From Macrostomum hystrix (taxonomy: Eukaryota; Animalia; Platyhelminthes): DNA of 64,000 nucleotides. The notes under the pieces were generated by a model. That model was given only the letters and a program-made list of their open reading frames with translations. It searched no databases and was not told where the DNA came from. Of this stretch, positions 59,170 to 64,000 are shown piece after piece. The translations under genes were made by a program, and so were the position numbers. Position 1 is the stretch's first letter; the number at the start of each line of letters is the position of its first letter. The DNA lies in contig CATNEN010000001.1 of the NCBI GenBank assembly GCA_950097015.1, positions 13,888,001 through 13,952,000 on the forward strand, read 5' to 3'.

Positions 59170-60160
59170 CCCCAACGATCCTGCACCCCATCCGATTCCA
59201 GGGCCCCCACCTATCCTGCAACCCATCCGATACCAAGGCCCCCTCCTATACTGTACCCTATCCCATACAAAGGCCCCACCTATCCTGCACCCCATCCGAT
59301 ACCAAGGCCCCCTCCTATACTGTACCCTATCCCATACCAAGGCCCCACCTATCCTGCACCCCATCCGATACCAAGGCCCCCTCCTTTACTGCACCCTATC
59401 CCATACCAAGGCCCCACCTATCCTGCACCCCATCCGATACCAAGGCCCCCTCCTTTACTGCACCCTATCCCATACCAAGGCCCCACCTATCCTGCACCCC
59501 ATCCGACACCAAGGCCCTCCTATCCTGCACCCCATCCGATACCAAGGCCCCCTCCTTTACTGCACCCTATCCCATACCAAGGCCCCACCAATCCTGCACC
59601 CCATCCGATACCAAGGCCCCCTCCTTTACTGCACCCTATCCCATACCAAGGCCCCACCTATCCTGCACCCCATCCGATACCAAGGCCCCCTCCTTTACTG
59701 CACCTTATCCCATACCAAGGCCCCACCAATCCTGCACCCCATCCGATACCAAGGCGCCCTCCTTTACTGCACCCTATCCCATACCAAGGCCCCACCTATC
59801 CTGCACCCCATCCGATACCAAGGCCCCCTCTTATGCTGCACCTTATCCCATACCAAGGCCCCACCTATCCTGCACCCCATCCGACACCAAGGCCCTCCTA
59901 TCCTGCACCCCATCCGACACCAAGGCCCTCCTATCCTGCACCCCATCCCATACCAAGGCCCTCTTATCCTGCACTCCATCCGACACCAAGGCCCTCCTAT
60001 CCTGCACCCCATCTCATACAAAGGCTCCCTCCTATCCTGCACCCCATCCTTTACCACGGCTTCCGCCTATCCTGCACCCCATCCCTTTCCAAGGCTCCCT
60101 CCTATCCTGCACCCCATTCCTTACCAAGGCTCCCTTCTATCCTCCACCCCATCCTACTGA
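59170..60160. repeat. C-rich 69-bp (33+36) minisatellite
   Basis: ctatcctgcaccccatccgataccaaggccc-based units. Confidence 0.9.
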
Positions 60161-60669
60161 TCGACTGAGCCACTGATCGGCGATCCGTGGTGGATAGGAT
60201 ATTACCCTGCGGAGTCTGACGAGTGTGCAGCATTGGCAGCAAGGCTTAAACTCGACCAACTGATGCAAGTATACGACAGGAAGCCGGCGGAGTGGGACGA
60301 ACACTGGGAGGCCTTCAAAGCATTTCAGGCTAAATTTCGAAAGAGATTTGCAGCCGAGACATCGGAGCTAGCTGAAGGCAAGCCAGAGAAGAGCCTACAG
60401 CCTTCATGTCACCAGCAACCAAGGTATTGATCGCGCATTGGATTAAGCAACAACTAATCAATTCCAAAATATACTTTTTAAATGTTGTTTCGAACCATGA
60501 TGCTGCCCAGGCACTTTTGTAAATATTGCTCAAGAAATAGTGGCCATAATATTGCCAATAAAAGAAAAAAATCTTTTTATTTTCATCAGCCTTGTTGCAC
60601 AAACGCTATTAAGTAGCATTTTGGTTTATTTTCATTTTTGAATGCATGAAATTACAGATCAAAATTACA

Positions 60670-61100
60670 ATGAGCCTCAGGCTATTATACTCATACTGCG
60701 GTACGAATGAAAGAGAATTCATTTTACAGAAGCAGAAAACTCGAGCACAACTCCATTAAACAGCTCCGGCTCGAATGTTACCCGATGTGGTCACTTAGAC
60801 TTGACTTCCTCCAACCAAAGTTGATGATGAATGAGGCTGAAAATTCGTCGTAGAGGTAATGGTGTTGATGCGAAACTGGGGCAGACTGGGCAATTGGCAA
60901 GTCCGCAATCAGTCGCACAACCTTCTTCCTCTCCGCGAGAGCTTCCTCCACGCTTCTGGCTCCACGGACAGACACGTGCCCGGTCGGGTACAACAGCGCG
61001 GTCACTCGAAGTTGCCGTGCTCCGCCCTTCATCACCACGGCAAGGGTTCGAGGATGAATCAGGCGATGTTGAATGTTGCTATACTGAGTGAGGCAGATGC
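60670..61100 (-). pseudogene. Divergent TATA-binding-protein-like relic with frameshifts
   Basis: HPRTLAVVMK...VTALLYPTGHVSVRGARSVEEA...KKVVRLI, then FRINTITSTTNF, then TFEPELFNGVV, in TBP order. Confidence 0.75.
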
Positions 61101-63319
61101 AGAGTGATGAAATTCGTCAGCTGAAGCAGGTCCATCCTGGTCGCCAGAATGGCTCCAGTCACGATGTTTGTCACGCGAATTGTCGAGGCCATTTTCAGAC
61201 GGTCGAGCGAAGTGTCGGTGCCTGCTGCAGATAGCTACTTTTATAGCACCATAGCGGCGTGGCGGCAGCCAATCAGCGTAGAGCGCCACCTTGGGCAGGG
61301 CAGTACGTACTTCGTGGCACTGGGAAAGTCCAAGTGAGTTAGGTCATAGACTGGCTGCAGCAATATGCGGGACAGAAATTGGCACTTGACATCCCCTTTG
61401 CTAAAGACCGCGCCTTGGAGGTGAGAGATATCGCTCCAAAGGCAGGAGTAGGGTCAGTAGCCACTTCGGTCCCAGTCGAGGCCATGTCGGTTATTCGTGA
61501 GCCAACGGCAGGTTCGGGGCTGTCCTTTGTCCAAAAAGCTCAAAGCAATGCTGTGGTCGGTAGCAATAGTAATGAGTCATAGTTCTTTAATCACAAAATC
61601 CTCTCTCTTGTACAGGCGCGGAAATCCTTTAAAGCCAATGATAATCATCTTGGCCACTTGATCCAACAAAACTCGCCCAACCATGTTGAGACTGCTTCTT
61701 CTTATCGTCTTGAAGTCGAGGCTATTTCGAGCTCCTCCGGCATAGTATTGTATCTCCTAGGTTGGGTCAGGCCAGAGAGGGTGGATCGGGTGGGGTAGGG
61801 GGGTCGCCCGAAGACACCCAGGTCGTCGACCCACGGGTAGCTAGGGACGGAGAGAGGCGCGAAGTTTCGCAGCCGAGGATTGTGAGGAGTGGTTTCCCCG
61901 CGGCACCCAGAAAATGAAGAAGACTGTAACGACTCGGTCTTACCCGCACAAGTGCGACACAGTGCGTGGCCGGCTATTTACTCGCTCGAAGTACTCGTGA
62001 GAATTGTTGGGTGCCGTAGTTTCGGCTCTTACTGATGTTCAGGGTATTATTCCGGTTCCCGAGCGCCAGATGAGAAAGGCCGCTCGGGCTAAAATACCCC
62101 GGGCCCAGCCAGGGGGGCGGCAGCCTAAGCCGCGGCTAACGCGACACAAAACAGAATACACGCACAAAAAGGGTGGGGTTGAGGCTCAAGGCCTCCCTCA
62201 GCCAGGCCGGCGGAGGGGCGGGTGGCTCGCTCTGACCAAGCGGCTAGCCCACCCCACCTCCCCCGGCCCACGGCCCGCACAGCGCCTGGCCGATCAATAG
62301 GTTCAGAAAAAGGCTCCGCATCATTACCGCCCAGCGGATCAAGCGTTTCTCGCCTCGGTGTGTTGAGAAAAGTAGCAATTTTGTCAAGGTTTTTTTCCTA
62401 ACTTTGCATGAATTGCATATAATTATATGGAAAATTACAACCATTGTTGTGCATGATAATTGACACCCCGTTATCATGCTCTTAAAAATCTGAGCTAGAT
62501 TACTTTGTATATCGACACTCTTGATTTTATGCACAAGTGTTCCTTCACTGTTTATTAGTTGTATGGATTTCAATCTGAGATTTCAGTTTCAGGCTTATGC
62601 AAGAAAACTTCTCCAGTTTGTCGTGACACAATTGTAGTTTCTCGATACTTTACCCTGTATTCTAATGAGCTTGTGTATTTAATTTTCACCTACGTTGTAC
62701 AAGGGCGCGAAAGCTGAATCTGAGATCAAGGTGTGGAAATGTTGTGTCAGTGCGGAAAAATTCTCGGTATTTTACATCATAAAACATGGTGGAGCTGAAT
62801 GTCATGATTTGTTCATGAAATTTCACTCACTAAAGCAGTAGGGTAGTAGCTAAGCTGTTTTGTTTTTATATTCACTCACAACGTACGTAGATTATCACTT
62901 ACCCTTATGGGATTGGAAAAACTAGCCCCTCCTAAACCCACCCATTTTTGCGGATTAGCGTTACTGGCCTCGATTGTGCAAAAATTCACTCGACTGTACA
63001 GGCTGGCAATTCAATGTTTGCTGTTGATTTGTTCAGACTTGAGTTGATAAAAAAATTCTTCGATTTCTTTGAACAAAAAATGGAAGTCAAGCAAATTCTC
63101 AAGCAAAGCAAACGATGCAGGCAGGGGCACTGGTGTGTACTGGCGCCGCAGGCTGGGCGCTGACGTTGCAGGCAAAGCACTGAAGTTGTAGGCTGACCAC
63201 TGACGTCGCAGGCAGAGCACCGACGTCACCAGCAGAGCACCGACGTCGCAGCCAGGGCGCTGATATCGCCAGGCTTTGGCGCTGCGACGATACCCATCGC
63301 CTTAATTGTACCTGCCGAC

Positions 63320-64000
63320 AGAGGCGGCCCATGTCCCCCTCCCAGAATGCCAGGTTAAGTACAAACAAAAAACATACGGCACAAATAAGCCCTACACCAA
63401 AACGAACATACAGTAAAGTACGAGGTAAAAAATACGCAGCTAGTAAGGCTTGGGGCCCCTTCGACCACTTACACCGAACAGTTTGACGCAAATGAAAATC
63501 CGGTGATTCCACCAAGCCTGCTGCTGGATGCCGCTTGCTCGCGTCACTGGCGTCAGTACAGCACAGGCTGGCCATAGCGCTCAGGCTTTCGGCTTGTCCT
63601 GCCGGACCTTCGCGGCTCGAACTCTACCTCCACTTGCTCCTGCTGCTCCCGCGGCTGCTCGCCTTACGCATCTGGGTTAGGCCTCGCTGGGTCTTGCGAC
63701 TGGTGTCCAGGATGCCAGTCTTCCTCAAGTTCTTCCTCATCTGATCTTGCTCGAGATCTTCAGCTTCGGGCTCGACGTCGTCCGGCTCGGTTTCCGGCAC
63801 TTCCTACTCCTGTGCCTGGCACTTCCGGAGGTTGTTGAAGTGGACGACTTTCATTTTTCTCCGGTTTGACGCATTCTCCACATTCAACAGAACCTCGGAG
63901 ATTTTGGAGAGAACTTACACTGGACCACGCCAACTGATGTGGAACTTCGCTGCTTCGTCGGGCTTCAGTGCGGGGCTGTAGATAAAGACGCGGTCGCCCT
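63320..64000 (-). mobile_element. 3' end of another gypsy element: integrase GPY/F tail and PPT
   Basis: GDRVFIY...KFHISWRGP*V...VVHFNNLR; gggagggggac purine tract at ~63333-63345. Confidence 0.75.

Overview
Eukaryotic (animal) genomic DNA with spliceosomal introns and many minisatellites. The style suggests a flatworm such as Macrostomum, which is an inference only. Contents in order: (1) three paralogous 4-exon genes for secreted proteins made of a signal peptide, a PAN/apple-like domain and an ALK/LTK-type glycine-rich domain, with no TM or kinase; (2) a ~15 kb minus-strand Ty3/gypsy LTR element lying between paralogs 2 and 3, carrying a nested Crypton and a nested mariner; (3) a DEG/ENaC channel gene with a long Gly/Gln/Leu repeat N-terminus; (4) a claspin-like gene whose first intron holds a 21-bp satellite with a 987-bp higher-order repeat; (5) a Gln/Lys-repeat exon, a frameshifted TBP-like relic and several decayed transposons. 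The main result concerns the LTR element. Removing the two nested transposons at their duplicated target sequences rejoins gag, a linker, an internal signal sequence and a class-III-like envelope glycoprotein in frame. Pol follows the env tail after one -1 shift. The order is therefore gag-env-pol, probably one ~2,500-aa polyprotein, followed by two double-RING accessory genes that each have an upstream splice acceptor.
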